A DNA stretch of 64,000 bases from Leucoraja erinacea. Lineage: Eukaryota. The translations under genes and the position numbers were made by a program. This document shows, in pieces, positions 13,331-26,629 of the stretch. The DNA lies in contig NC_073389.1 of assembly GCF_028641065.1 (NCBI RefSeq), positions 49,042,001-49,106,000 of the forward strand. The letters run 5' to 3'. Numbering within the stretch: the stretch's first letter is position 1; every line of letters starts with the position of its first letter. The notes beneath the pieces are model-generated. The model worked only from the letters and a program-made list of their open reading frames with translations. It did not search any database and had not been told where the DNA came from.

Positions 13331-15087
13331 TAACACTTTTGAGACTGCAGTGGGAAAAAAATGAAGGAATCAGAGACATTGCAAAAGGATACACAATAAA
13401 AATACTTGAGCTCAACAAAAGGCCAGGGGTAAACGGAGTGAGAGATGCTGAAGTTATTCAGAACAACCATTCCCCAGAAAATGTATTTATTCTCTTGCTG
13501 TTACATTGAGAATTGTGTAGGCACCACCAAAACACAACTGTGGTCTAACTAGAATCTTATGAGAATAAAATTAAACATACATTTCAGAAGCTAATGCCAT
13601 TAACTACTTGGATCATGCAATTAATTCGTTCCCCTGGGAATGGTGCGGAAAATTGAATTAATACTTTTAAGATATTTTTTCTTTGAAACTCCAATCCAAG
13701 TGACATGCAGCTTCACTTTTCACAGGGTTACATTTGTGCTCAAGTTAATGCAGCCTCAGTGAAGAATCAGGGTTGGATCAGATCCCACTCATCATTTCGA
13801 GTGCGGTCCTGATTTTACAGATACTGCTCAGAAACAGGCCCTTCTGCCCACCAAGACCACAGCGACCAGCGGTCACCCCGTACACCCGCACTATCCTATA
13901 CACGAGGGACAATTTTACAATGTTACCAAAGCTATTTAACCTACAAACCTGCACGTCTTTGGAGTGTGGGAGGAAACAGGAGAACACCGTACAGACATCA
14001 CCCATAATCAGGATCGAACCCGGGTCTCTGTCGCGATGAGGCAACAACTCTACCACTGCGCCACTGTGCTAGCCAACAGTTACCTCATTGAGCCATCATT
14101 CATCGCAGTTTACCTTGCACTAAATGGCATACCCTTTATCCGAACACCATCGACGGCTTGATTATATTCATGTGTAGCTTTTTCGCTGACTGGATAGCCC
14201 ACAAATCAAAGGCTTTTCACTGTACCTCAGTCCTTATGACAGCAATATATTAAACTAAAACAAACCCTTGGAGTGAAGTAGTGGAAAAATTCAAGCAAAG
14301 GAGGTCTGCAACAGCTTTAGTTTGATTTCACATGGCTTAGAAACATAGAAAATAGGTGCAGGAGGAGGCCATTCGGCCCTTCGAGTCAGCACCGCCATTC
14401 ATTGTGATCATGGCTGATTGTCCCCTATCAATAACCCATGCCTGCCTTCTCCCCATATCCCTTGACTCCACTAGCCCTATCTAACTCTCTCTTAAAACCA
14501 TCCAGTAACTTGGCCTCCACTGCCCTCTGTGGCAGGGAATTCCATAAACTCACAACTCTCTGGGTGAAAACGTTTTTTCTCGCCTCAGTCTTAAATGACC
14601 TCCCCTTTATTCTAAGACTGTGGCCCCTGGTTCTGGACTCGTCCAACATTGGGAACATTTTTCCTGCAAAATAAATTCACCAAATGATTGTATTAAGAAG
14701 AGGGATCTTGCTCCCAGTATCAGCAAAGGAATGGTGTTGTCAAAAACAAAGATGAAATAAAAACACACTCATCGTGTCACTTGCCAAATAGAAGTATATG
14801 TGTTAGTTATCCCCCAACAAAATTATGCATGGAGCAGAAATGTTCCCAATCAAAAAAGTAATGTTAAAATGTTTTTAAAGGAACTGAAAAAAATGGTTTT
14901 TAAATTGAGCAATACACAGTCATGTGTGCTAATGCAATGGAATTTATTTCATTTAAAAAGGTTACACAATACCTTTGGTTGTCCCAACTTAGGGAAGTAA
15001 CATTACACCACAACCAAGAACTGAAATAACTTTGTGTAGAAAGGATATGCAGATGCTGGTTTATACCAAAAAGACACCGAAGATACA

Positions 15088-16215
15088 GTAAGGCATTCGA
15101 CAAGGTTCCGCATGGTAGGCTGCTCTGGAAGGTTATATCGCATGGGATCCAAGGAGAGATAGCTGAATGGATAGCAAATTGGCTCCAAGGAAGGAAGCAA
15201 GGAAGGAAGCAGAGGGTGATGGTGGAAGGCTGCTTCTCGGACTGGAGGCCTGTGACTAGTTGTGTGCCTCAGGGTTTGGTGCTGGGCCTGTTAGTGTTTG
15301 TCATCTACATCAATGATTTGGATGAGAACATAAAGGGCAAGATTAGCAAGTTTGCTGATGATACAAAAGCGAGTTGTTTTGCTGATAGTGAAGATGGTTG
15401 TGGAAGACTGCGGCAGGATCAGGATTGATTGGCCACGTGGGTAGAGGAAAAATGTGAGGTGTTGCATTTTGGGATGTTGAACAAGGGCAGGACCTACACA
15501 GTAAATTGTAGGCCTCTGGGAGGTGGTGTGGAGCAGGGGGATCTACGAGTACAGGTGCATGGTTCCTTGAAAGTCGAGTCACAGGTAGATAAAGTGGTCA
15601 AAAAGGCTTTTGGCATTTTGGCCTTCATCAGTCAGAGCATTGGGAGGTCATATTGCAGTTGTATAAGACGTTGGTGAGACCGCATTTAGAATATTGTGTT
15701 CAGTTCTGAGCACGGTTATAGGAAAGATATTGTCACGCTTGAAAGGGTTCAGAAAAGATTTACGAGGATGTTGCCTGGACTAGAGGGTGTGAGCTATAGG
15801 GAAAGGTTGAGTAGTCCGAGTCTCTATTTCATGGAGCACAGGAGGATGAGGGAGGGGGTCTTATAGAGGTGTCAAAATCATAAGAGGAATAGATCGGGTA
15901 GATGCACAGAGTCTCTTGCCCAAAGTAGGGGAATCGAGAACCAGAGGACATAGGTTCAAGGTGAAGGGGAAAATATTTAATAGGAATCCGAGGGGTAACT
16001 TTTTCAAAAAAAGGGTGGTGAGTGTATGGAACAAGCTGCCAGAGGAGGTAGTTGAGGCTGGGACTATCCCATCGTTTAAGAGACAGTTAGACAGGTACAT
16101 GGATAGGACAGGTTTGGAGGGATATAGACCAAGCACAGGCAAGTGGGACTATTGTAGCTGGGACATTGCCCGGTGTGGGCAAGTTGGGCCTAAGGCCCTG
16201 TTTCCACATTCTACC
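15088..16215 (+). mobile_element. Degenerate CR1 LINE 3' fragment
   Basis: VPQGLVLG, SKFADDTK, TRGHRFKV broken across frames. Confidence 0.85.
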
Positions 16216-17409
16216 ACCATGACTCCAAGATAGACAAAGTGCTGGAGTAACTCAGCAGGTCAGGCAGCATCTCTGGAGAAAAAGGATGGTGACATTTCAG
16301 TTCAGGACCCTTCTTTAGACTGAATAATATTGCCCAGTAACCCACGATACCCCAAGCATAGATTTCAGCAGCCAACAAACAGATGAACAACATCTTCAAA
16401 ACAAGAATTTAAATGTTGTGCTTTAATTAATTTGGCTGGGAGGCAACAGAAGTCCCATTTACATGCATAATGTTTTTACTAAATAAATTGTCAACATAGA
16501 ATGAAAATGTGCAACATAAATACAATTTTACAAGGCTAATTGTGTCAGTTTCCAAGGCTAATTGCGTAAGTTTCCAAGGCTAGGCTGTAGCAAATATGCA
16601 CAAACATCTATAATGTACTAACGAAAATGCGTCTAAAACACAAATTATTCCTTGACGTGTAAAGAATAGATTGAAGATTCAAGAGAGTTTATTGTCATGT
16701 GTCCCTGATAGGACAATGAAATTCGTGCTTTGCTTCAGCACGACAGAATATAGTAGGCATGAATAATACAGAACAGATCAGTGTTGGGACAGAACAATAC
16801 CCTGTAAAACTTAAAAGTCAAAGTCGCAATCCCAATGCAGCACTTGAAGGGCGGGTGTATCATTCGTGCAGGGCATCTTAGATATCCTTACTGCAAAAAT
16901 CAATAATGTAGTTACAAGCTTAAAAATACACAAAGTACTAATGTAACTCAGCAGGCAGCACCAAAGATTATACAGGAGCGGGCAGCACCTCTGGAGAACA
17001 TGGATGTGACGTTTCGGGTCGGTACACGCAGAGTTACTCCAGAACTTTGTGTCTTTTTTTTGTTGTAAACCAGCATCTGCAGTTCCTTATTTCTCCATGT
17101 AAGTATTTGCAATGCGTGTAATATTCTACGGTTGCCCGCATGTTCTTAACTACGCGAAAGACGGTTATATGTCATTTCAGCATGAATCTTGGACAACAGA
17201 TCAAACTATTTGTTAACGCGTTGGGTAGGAATCACGTAATAATATTACGAGGCGAGAGAGAGTGTTGTGCAAAGTCGGACATGATTACGCCGCCCTTAAT
17301 CATGGGGGCAGTAAGCGTTGTGCACCCACCATACGACAAAAGACATGCAAAACAAACAACAAAGGGGGATGGGGGAGGAAATAAGAAGAGTTAAAGATAG
17401 GGGTGATGG

Positions 17410-17900
17410 AACGTAGCTACTCACCAGCCCCGCAGTGACAGCCGCAGCCGGAGACGGACTGGACGTGGAGGGGAGGTATCCGGACTCAGGCTGGGAGGGA
17501 GGGAGGGAGGGGACTTGCGTCAAGAGCTCGTAGGCGGACGAAATGAACGCGGTGACATTTCCGCGTGTATCGACGTTCCAATGGAACGCGGCGACACCTC
17601 TCCGCTAGTATCAACGTTCCAATGGAACGCGGTGACATCTCCGCGTGTTCCAATGGATCACGGTACTCCCGCATCCGGGGGAGGGGGATGCCCCCTGATG
17701 TAACACTGTCACCAGCTGCTCGCACCTCACGGGATTCCCCCCCACCGCTTGCAACTTTCATCTGTGCGATATGATCGACCCCAAAGCCGAAGCCTCCGGA
17801 ACTCGCGGTTTAACGACTGTTTCACAGGAAAGCTCCCGTCTTAGTTCCCTGGAACGTGGCGGAGTCCAATTCTGCGGCGGAGGCGATTTCGAGGTAGATA
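17410..17900. promoter_or_regulatory. CpG-rich promoter-like region with candidate minus-strand first exon
   Basis: CpG-dense; strong donor CTG|GTGAGT at 17425/17424 (-); ~40-bp tandem repeat containing GTTCCAATGGAAC. Confidence 0.45.
17542..17660. repeat. Imperfect ~40-bp tandem repeat x3
   Basis: Unit approx. aatggaacgcggYgacaYYtccgcNNgtatcRacgttcc. Confidence 0.8.
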
Positions 17901-18885
17901 TTTTATATCTTGTTTACAGTAGGGTTTTCACTGTCACCACAGACTTATTGTAGAAGTTTATATCGCGTTGGTCGTTCCGCTTGTTCGGTAATTCTTGTAC
18001 AATGAGATAAAATATTTGGAAACACTCGAGGCGGAAGAGACTGCAGTTGCGGTGAAATCTTCTGTAATAAACGAAACGCTGGAGGGATTCAGCAGGCTAG
18101 TCATAGACGTGTAGAAAGGAACTGCAGATGCTGGTTTATGGAAATGCTGCTTAAGATCTCCTCCACAGTTGCTGCCTGACCATCTGAGTCTTTACTCGGC
18201 TGTTTGGGTTGCAGTTGTGATGCTGTTTTTCACAGATGTTATCTCTGATAAGGGTCTCTGAGGAAGGATCCCAAAACGTCGCCTGTCATTCCCTCCACAG
18301 ATGCTGCCAGACCCACTGAGTTCCCCATGCACTTTGTGTTTATTATCTGACCTATTGATTATTTCGGACATTTTTCTCTTTATCCAGAGAATGAAGATCT
18401 CGGGATTGTTTTACTTTTTTTTTCCTGACAGAATATTGGCAGAATTGTCACCACGAGATATTTAATCCTACTATATTTGTATCATCAGGCACATTGCACC
18501 CTCTGTCCATGGAGTCATACAGCGTGGGAACAGGCCCTTCGGCCCAACTTGCCCACATCGACCAACATGTATGCCCACAATGTATAGAAGTGTGAAAATG
18601 CACACCTCACGATTCAAGGACAGTTTCTTCCCAGCTGCTATCAGACAACTGAATCATCCCCTATCATAATCAGAGAGCAGTCCTGAACTACTATCTATCT
18701 CATTGGTGAACCTCTGACTATCTTTGTTAGGACTTTGCTGGCTTTACCTTGCACTAAACCTTATTCCCTTATCGTGTATCTAAACGCAGTAAATGGCTCG
18801 ATCGTAATCATGGGTTGTCTTTCCGCTGACTGGATACCACGCAACAAAAGCTTTTCACTGTACCTCAGTACACGGTCAATAAATG

Positions 18886-19425
18886 GGCGGCACTGTGGCG
18901 CAACGGTAAAGATGCTGCCTTGCAGCGCCAGAGAAAAGGATTCGATCCTGACTTGTCTACGGAGTTTGTACCTTCTCCCCGTGACCTGCGTGGGTTTTCT
19001 CCAAGATCTTCAGTTTCCTCCCACACTCCAAAGACGTACATGTATTTTGGTTAATTGGCTTGGTAAATGTAAAAATTGGTCCTACTGGTTGTAGGATAGT
19101 GTTAATAACCGGGGATCGCTGGTCGGCGCGGACCCGGTGGGCCGAAGGGCCTGTTTCCACGCTGTATCTAAATTAAAACTAAAGGTGCTGTCTGTACGGA
19201 GTTTGCACGTTCTCCACGTGACCGCGTGGGTTTTCTCCGATATCGTCAGTTTCCTCCCACACTCCAAAGATGTACAATTCTGTAGGTTAATTGGCTTGGT
19301 ATGATTGTAAATTATCCTTAGTGTGTGTAGGATGGTGTTAATGTGCAGGGATCGCTGGTTGGTGCCGACTCGGTGGGCCAAAGGGCATGTTTCCGCACTG
19401 TATCTCTAAAACTAAACTAAACTAA
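18886..19425 (+). mobile_element. Tandem pair of HE1-like V-SINEs
   Basis: Head + V-domain + tail, followed by a second V-domain + (ctaaa)n tail. Confidence 0.8.
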
Positions 19426-22400
19426 TCTGAACTGAACAGAACATGTTTCTGTTGCATTTCGTTGTCTCTGTACTGTACACTGACAATGACAATTAATTTC
19501 GTTGACAATGCTTTTCGTTGTCTCTGTACTGTACACTGACAATGACAATTAAAATTGAATCTGAATCTGAATGTTTCCATCTACACTAGTCCCACCTGTG
19601 TGGGTTTGGTCCATCTCCCTCTAAACCTGTCCTATCCATGTATGTCAAAATGTTTCTTAAAATGTAGCAATAGTACCAGCTAAACGTAGCAATAGAACCT
19701 GCAAACGTGCCTAGCACCTATGTTACATCTTAAAACCAATTCATCTTTGTTACCTGTACCTGGAATATTATTCCCAGTTCGTCTGATATTTTCCAGTTCC
19801 GATGAACCTTTATAGAATAAGTCTATGGGTATTTTGTCTTGCTTTGTTCTTGTATATGTTATCTTAGGAGGATGTGGAATATACTGCCCAAAGGTCTAAT
19901 ATCCAAATATTCTGACATGACTAAACAGAATCAATATTGGTTTATCATGGCGTAGACGGGATCCATTGGGCCCATTGGCTTCTTGCCAGCTTCCAGCAGA
20001 GCAGTTCCATCTGTCCCCTCCCACCTCTTGTTTCCCTGCGGCTCTGCAACCTTATTTTTTGCTCACCCGCTCCTCGCTTCCCTTTGATTCTTTTCCCACC
20101 TGCATGCACTAAGGAGCAACTTGTGTACGCCCAATGTTAGAGTTGCACTGATTTTGAAATGGAGAAAAGAAGAACAGTACCAGTTGGAAATTAGAATATT
20201 TGATATTATTTGTTATGGCAGCAAAGATTTATACAAGTATTTAAAATTATGAGGGGGATAGGTAGGGGAGGCAGTCAGGACCTAGTTCCCAGGGTGAAAA
20301 TGTCCAACGCCAGAGCATGTAGCTATGTTGAAAGTGGAAAAGTTTAATGGAGGTGTGCAGGGCAAGTTTTTTACTCAGTGTTTGGGTGCAACGTATTACC
20401 AGGGAGGCAGATATGATAGTGGTGTTTAAGAGGCACTTCGATAGGCACATGGAGGGCCAAGGAATAGAGGGATATGGATCATGTGCAGGCAGGTAAGGTC
20501 AGTTTAACTTGGCATCTTGTTAAGTTTAAAAATGTACAGATTATATTTTATCTGGAACCACTAACATACAGCTGACCATGGGAAAAGCAGCGAGTTTTGA
20601 GATTAAAGCAACTTTTAGTGATTGGCCTTAGGCCTTGTTCTCTCAAAAGGAAGTTGAACAGGGAACCAAAGTTGTTTGAACTGAAAAGATCAGATTGTTA
20701 TCCGATGGGTGAAGGCATTCCCTCCCCCCCCCCTCCCCCACCCCCCCACAGCATTGCCAGTCTTTGGACTTTAGAGATACAGTGCGGAAACAGGCCCTTC
20801 AGCCCATTGAGTCCGGACCGACCAGCATTCACCCCATATACTAACCAACCAGGGATAATGTTACAACGTACCAAAGCCAATTAACCTACAGTCATGCACG
20901 TCTTTGGAGTGTGGGAGGAAACCAAAGCACTCGCAGAAAACCCATGTGGTCACAGGGAGAACGTACAAACTCCATACAGAAAGCACCCGGGTCCCTGACG
21001 CTGTAAGGCAGCAACTCTACTGCTGCGTCACTCAGTCATTATTGTAGCCTCAATTACATGTGGGAATTATTTCTGGCACAGATAACCTTGTGCCATTGCC
21101 GAGCATTGATGGATCCAAATTCCCGAATAGCGTGATTGAAGCTTTCGGTCGGAATTATATTGGACACTAGGTGGTGCCAGAGTTGGTAAAATTCAAGAGT
21201 GAAATGTACAGCCCCACTGATGACTGTCAATAGATTGAAATCGTGTAGGTTGTCTGAGAAGCTTTGAAATGAGGTCTTTATTCATGGCCTGCATGATGTT
21301 TGATTTTTAGCGCATTGGTTATTCAAATAATGTTGAATAATAATTGGGTAAAACTGCTTGCATCAGATCATGAAGTGATGTAAAAATTTGGCTCCAAGTT
21401 TTTCGTAGAACATAGAAAAAAGTACAGCACAGGAACAAGCCCTTCAGCCCACGCCGATCATGATGCCAAGAAAAATTAACCTCATCTGCCTGCGTGTGAT
21501 CCATGTCCCTCCATTCCCTGCATAACATGTACCTATCTAAAATCGTATCCACCACCCCCAGCAGCGTGGTCCAGGTACCCACCACCGTCTTTGTACCATC
21601 TGCACATCTCCTTTAATCTTTGCCCCTCTCACCTTAAAACTATGTTACCTCTAGTCTTTGGCAGACTTATGAACATTTCCACCTTGGGGGGGGAAAAAGG
21701 TTGCACACCGGGGGGGGGGGGGGGGGGGGGGGGGGCGCAATTTACAGCCGATAATTAACTTACAAACACTTCTCTGGGATGTGGGGGGGAACCCAAGCAC
21801 CCGGAGGAAACCCACGCGGTCACAAGGAGAACGTGCAATCGCCACAGAAAGGTCAGGATCAAACCCAGGTCTCTGGCACTGTGAGGCAGCGGCTAGATCA
21901 GCCACACCACTGTACCACCAACATAAGATTGCAGACTGAGGAGAAAAACAGACAAAACACAGGTGGGGTGAGATTGGAAGTTTTTACGGAGTTTGTACGT
22001 TCTCCCTTAGACCGCGTGGGTTTTCTCCGGGTGCACCGGTTTCCTCCCACATTCCAAAAACGTACAAATTTAGGATAGTGCTAGTGTCGTTGGGCGGCGC
22101 GGACTCAGTGGACCAAAGGGCCTGTTTCTGCGCTGTATCTCTAAAGTAAAAGGTTTTGAAGCAATATGGAAAATCACAACCAAAATGAGGGCATAGCTTC
22201 TTCCCGATATCATGTGCCACGTACTAAATCACTGCCCACTTTTCTGCCATTTCTTCAGCACCCTGTTCAGGATGTAAACGGACTCACTTGTGCCCACTGT
22301 ACCCATTGGGGAATCCTGGCGGCCAATCCATTCTGCTGCTCTCCTCTTTGTTCCAGGTTAAATACAAAAAACACCAAAATGTTTGTACAATGTAACTAAT

Positions 22401-22646
22401 CTTTATTGCGGGGGAGAAAAGGGTAACAAATCCATTATAGAGCAACAAATCATCAAGAATCACAATCTGAGCAGTCTGAAGAAAGATCTCAACCTGAAAC
22501 GTCACCTATTCCTTCTCAACAGAGATGCTGCCTTTCCTGCTGAGTTACACCAGCATTTTGTGTCTATCTTAAGAATCACAATATTTGTAGCCGTCGACTT
22601 AAACCAACTTCTGCAGTTCTTTCCTACACAAAGGAGGACCCGGCGT

Positions 22647-22684
<38 letters not shown>

Positions 22685-22876
22685 ACCGTCGTGAAGGAAT
22701 GATGAGGGGGGGGGGGAAGAACAAAGGGGGACCTGGCACGGAGGGAGAATTTGTAATCTTGTAAGTGCCCTTTCTGGGTGACTACATGGGCATGCAAGCA
22801 AGGAACTGTGACAATAAAGTATTAAATTCAATTAAATGGATTGTATTTGGAGCAATAAGTGTCTAATTCCTCATGT

Positions 22877-23313
22877 TTACCATGGCTGAACAGTTTTATC
22901 GCTTACATACTGTCCATGTGGACCTTCCGCACCTTCTGGTAGAAGGGCCAAGTAGACCGGGGTCACGGCACCTTCTTCTGCCGTGCCCGGTGCATTAGGA
23001 CCAGCCATGTCGGTTTTCACCCAACCGGGACAACAGGCATTCAGCAGGATCTTGTCCGCTGCTCTCTCCTTACTCAGTCTTCGGGCATGGATCATGGAGA
23101 GGACTGTGACGCCCAGCTTGGTAACCCCGTAGGCCGAGGAAGGCCACCCCTGTTGGGTGTGAGCGCCGTTCTTGGCGTCGTCGACGAACTGCTGCATCAG
23201 CTTCACCAGCTCGTCCTCAGTGATGGATGTACTGCGGAATTTCTTCTGCAGTTCCGGGCTGCACTGATGCAATGCACTGGCTCCACACATGCTGGACACG
23301 TTCACCACTCGCC
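22877..23313 (-). CDS. CBR1: Carbonyl reductase 1-like, copy A, coding exon 2 (437 nt incl. stop)
   Basis: cctgcag|GG acceptor; RVVNVSS, catalytic YGVTK, NACCPGWVKTDMAG; TAA at 22877-22879; AATAAA(-) at 22402-22407 followed by a GT-rich tract. Confidence 0.95.
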
Positions 23314-23390
23314 CTGCAGGTTTAAGAGGACAATTAAAATTGGTTTAACAAACAAAGGGCACCGCAGAGCACGCCACAGCAGTTTTCACC

Positions 23391-23900
23391 TCAAGTCAAG
23401 TCAAGTCAAGTCAAGTTTATTTGTCACATACACATACGAGATGTGCAGTGAAATGAAAGTGGCAATGCTCGCGGAACAACAAAACAACCAAACAAATTCT
23501 AAACACAATCACACATATTATTTTACGTAATAAATAATAGAAGGAAAAACGTTCTGTACAGTTAGTCCCTGGTGAGAAAGGCGTTTACAGTCCGAATTGC
23601 CTCTGGGAAGAAACTCCTTCTCAACCTCTCCGTTCTCACTGCATGGCAACGGAGGCGTTTGCCTGACCACAGCAGCTGGAACAGTCTGTTGCAGGGGTGG
23701 AAGAGGTCTCTCATGATTTTATTTGCTCTGGAGTTGCACCTCTTGTTGTATAGTTCCTGCAGGGGGGTGAGTGAAGTTCCCATAGTGCGTTCGGCCGAAC
23801 GCACTACTCTCTGCAGAGCCTTCTTGTCCTTGGCAGAGCAATTCCCGAACCAGATTGTAATGTTCCCGGACAAGATGCTTTCCACCGCTGCTGCGTAGAA
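23391..23900 (-). mobile_element. Rex1/Babar-type LINE 3' fragment in CBR-A intron
   Basis: ESILSGNITIWFGN..LQRVVRSAE..RLRRSFFPEAIR; (CTTGA)n tail. Confidence 0.8.
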
Positions 23901-24754
23901 GCACTATTCATGTTATGCTCCCTTCCCTTTTCCTGAAAACCATTTCTGCATCGGAGGCATAATTTCAAGTTTACTGTCAAATTCCAGCCATTATGTCTGC
24001 TGATGAACATTAAAAAATCATGTGAAATTTATGGGGCAGACTTTGTTTAGTTTAGTTTAGAGACACAGCGTGGAAATAGGCTCTCGGCCCACCGAGTCCG
24101 CACCGACTAGCGATCCCCATACTCTAACACTATCGCATGCTAACATTATCCCACACACTGGGGTTAATTTACATTTATACCAAGCCAATTAACCTACAAT
24201 CCTGTACGTCTTTGAGATGTGGAAGAAAACTGAAGATATCGGAGTAAAAAAAACCCACGCAAGTCAAGGAGAGAACGTACAAAAAGCCGTGGAGACAAGC
24301 ACCCGTAGTCAGGATCGAACACGGGTCTTTGGCGCCGTAAGTGTATTTCGTTGTCTCTGTACTGTATACTGACAATGACAATTAAAATTGAATCTGAATC
24401 TGTAAGGCAGCAACTCTACCGCTGTACCACCCACTGTGCCTGGGAGACTGAAAATAAATCTTCATCACATCGATTACTTCCAGCAATGTCCACAGCCTGT
24501 AGATCATAGTTCTTCAAGTACAGACCCATGTCCTACCCATGTGAGTTCCATGGTCAGAAAAATGTTTTCTTCACCTCCCCACTAACTCTTCTCCCAATTA
24601 GCGCTCTATCTCTAAACTAAACTAAACCTACCCAAGTGAAATATGAGGGGCTGTTCCTCCAATTTGCACTGGGCCTCACTCTGACAATGGAGGAGGCCCA
24701 GGTCAGAAAGGTCAGATTAAGAATTGGAGGGGGAGTTAAAGTGCTGAGCAATAT

Positions 24755-25230
24755 TCTTAAAGTTCCTGGCGATGTAGATAAAGACATACCAGGAAAATGT
24801 GAGAGAGTGATTTTAGCTAACAAAGATCGCGAAGAAATGGAAAACATAGCTAAAGTTCTCAAAGGTAGTTGTAATGCACAAGATATCGACATGAATATAG
24901 AGTCTGTAGCTTGATTTCGGTATGCACCAGTGACTTCAGCTGAGGTAGAAAGACATTTCTCACAACTGAAGCATATTCTGTCTGACAGGTGGCATAGTTT
25001 AACTGCAGATAATGTGAAAATAGCTAGTAATTATGCGAAACCAGGCAACTTTGGTTATTTAATGTAATATACCTTTATATTATAATTTTTATACATATTT
25101 TGATGGTGGAAATAATTGCCTTTTATGCCTTTTTTGTCAATAAATAACTTTTTCGTGCCTTTTTTGTAATTTTATTATGCCTTTTTGCCTGCCTATTTCA
25201 GACTTTTTTAGTGCCTAAACATCCTGGCTC
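24755..25230 (+). mobile_element. hAT transposase C-terminal relic in CBR-A intron
   Basis: Read-through of a stop gives YAPVTSAEVERHFSQLKHILSDRWHSL (hAT dimerisation-domain signature). Confidence 0.75.
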
Positions 25231-25649
25231 TAGTGATGATCATTTGTGTTCCTGGCCTTTGATCTAACACAATTATGTTGGAGGCTATTGTGAGATTGTA
25301 TTGTATTGTATTGTATATCTTTATTGTCATTTCCTGAGTATTCACATACCCAGAGGAAACAAAAAAACGTTGCTCAACCAGTGTCCATTCAGTGTGCATT
25401 AAAAATAAATAGAAATAAAAATACATATATCATGAACAAATTTAACACTCTACTAAACATCCAAGAGGCGTTCCGATCGGCAGCGGCTCGACAGTGGCTC
25501 TGCTGCAGTGTGTCCAGGTTGGTGGTTAGTGCGCGATACTTTTGGCAGGGGGCAAAGTCCGTTTAGCAGATCTCTGGAGATTAGTGGATATCAACGAAAC
25601 ATAGACTGACTTTTTATATATATTTGAAGGCAGATGTAGATAGATTCTT

Positions 25650-25810
25650 AGGTACACATAAATGCTGGAGAAACTCAGCGGGTGCAGCAGCATCTATGGA
25701 GCGATGGGGATATCTCCTTCGCTCCATAGATGCTGCTGCACCCGCTGAGTTTCTCCAGCATTTTTGTGTACCTTCGATTTTCCAGCATCTGCAGTTCCTA
25801 CTTAAACATA
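25650..25810. mobile_element. Penelope-derived fold-back element (hammerhead core absent)
   Basis: Inverted arms ggtacac..ggagcga / tcgctcc..gtgtacc; near-TSD tagatagattctt / tagatagattatt. Confidence 0.75.
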
Positions 25811-26237
25811 TAGATAGATTATTGATGAGTACAGGTGCCAGGGGTTATGGGGAGAAGGCAGGAAAATGGGGTTAAGAGGGAGAGATAGATCAGCCATGAT
25901 CGAATGGCAGAGTAGTTAGATGGGCCGAATGGCCTACCTCTGCTCCTATTACTTATGAACATGACCGACTGCCCTTCACATGCCATATTAAAAACTCAAT
26001 CCCAGAGCAATCCTGGCCTCAACCTATCAAGGTGTGGACTTTGATCTATCGATTGCTGAACCCAAACTCCCTTCAACTTAAAACCAACTTATTTTTTAAT
26101 TTCCTTCCCAGTACTGATCAAAGGTTTTCGACATGAAACGCTGTCTCTGTTTATCTTTGTACGTATGCCGATGATCTGATGGATGTTTCCAGCGTTTTCT
26201 GTTTTTGTTTCGGATCAGAGCCGCGCTCTCCACTCAC

Positions 26238-26628
26238 CGTGAGGTTTGATGACGGTGAGGAGTTCCGTGCACATATCCCTGGTCGCAAAGAAGTTGGTCG
26301 CCATGGTCACTTCAGCTTGGGTGCCGAACGGGGTGGTGTCGGCATCTTTAAAGGCGATGCCGGCGTTGTTGACGAGGACATCGATGCCTTCGTATTTCTG
26401 CAGCATGAACGCTCGCAGTTTCCGGATACTCTCAAGTTCATCGATGTCGAGCTGGTGGAAGAGCGGCTTCAGCTGCTCCTCTTGCAGCTTCTGCAGCGCC
26501 TGTTGCCCGCGGCCCGCGTTCCGGGCGGTGAGGAACACGTCGCCGTCGAAGTGCCGGCACAGAGCCCGCACCACCTCCAGGCCGATGCCCTTGTTGGAGC
26601 CGCTCACCACCGCCACTCGCTTCGCCAT
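26238..26628 (-). CDS. CBR1: Carbonyl reductase [NADPH] 1-like, copy A, coding exon 1 (391 nt)
   Basis: MAKRVAVVSGSNKGIG (SDR GxxxGxG), NNAG motif, TNFF...IKPHG; ends at G|GTGAGT donor; splices in frame to 22877-23313 to give 275 aa. Confidence 0.95.
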
Positions 26629-26629
26629 G

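Noticed and set aside
17542-17660. CRISPR-like repeat-spacer array
   Set aside because: Eukaryotic context, only three units and the 'spacers' resemble each other: a minisatellite
22470-22630. Hammerhead-type repeat in the predicted 3' UTR of CBR copy A
   Set aside because: Stem II is degenerate and the motif is antisense to the mRNA
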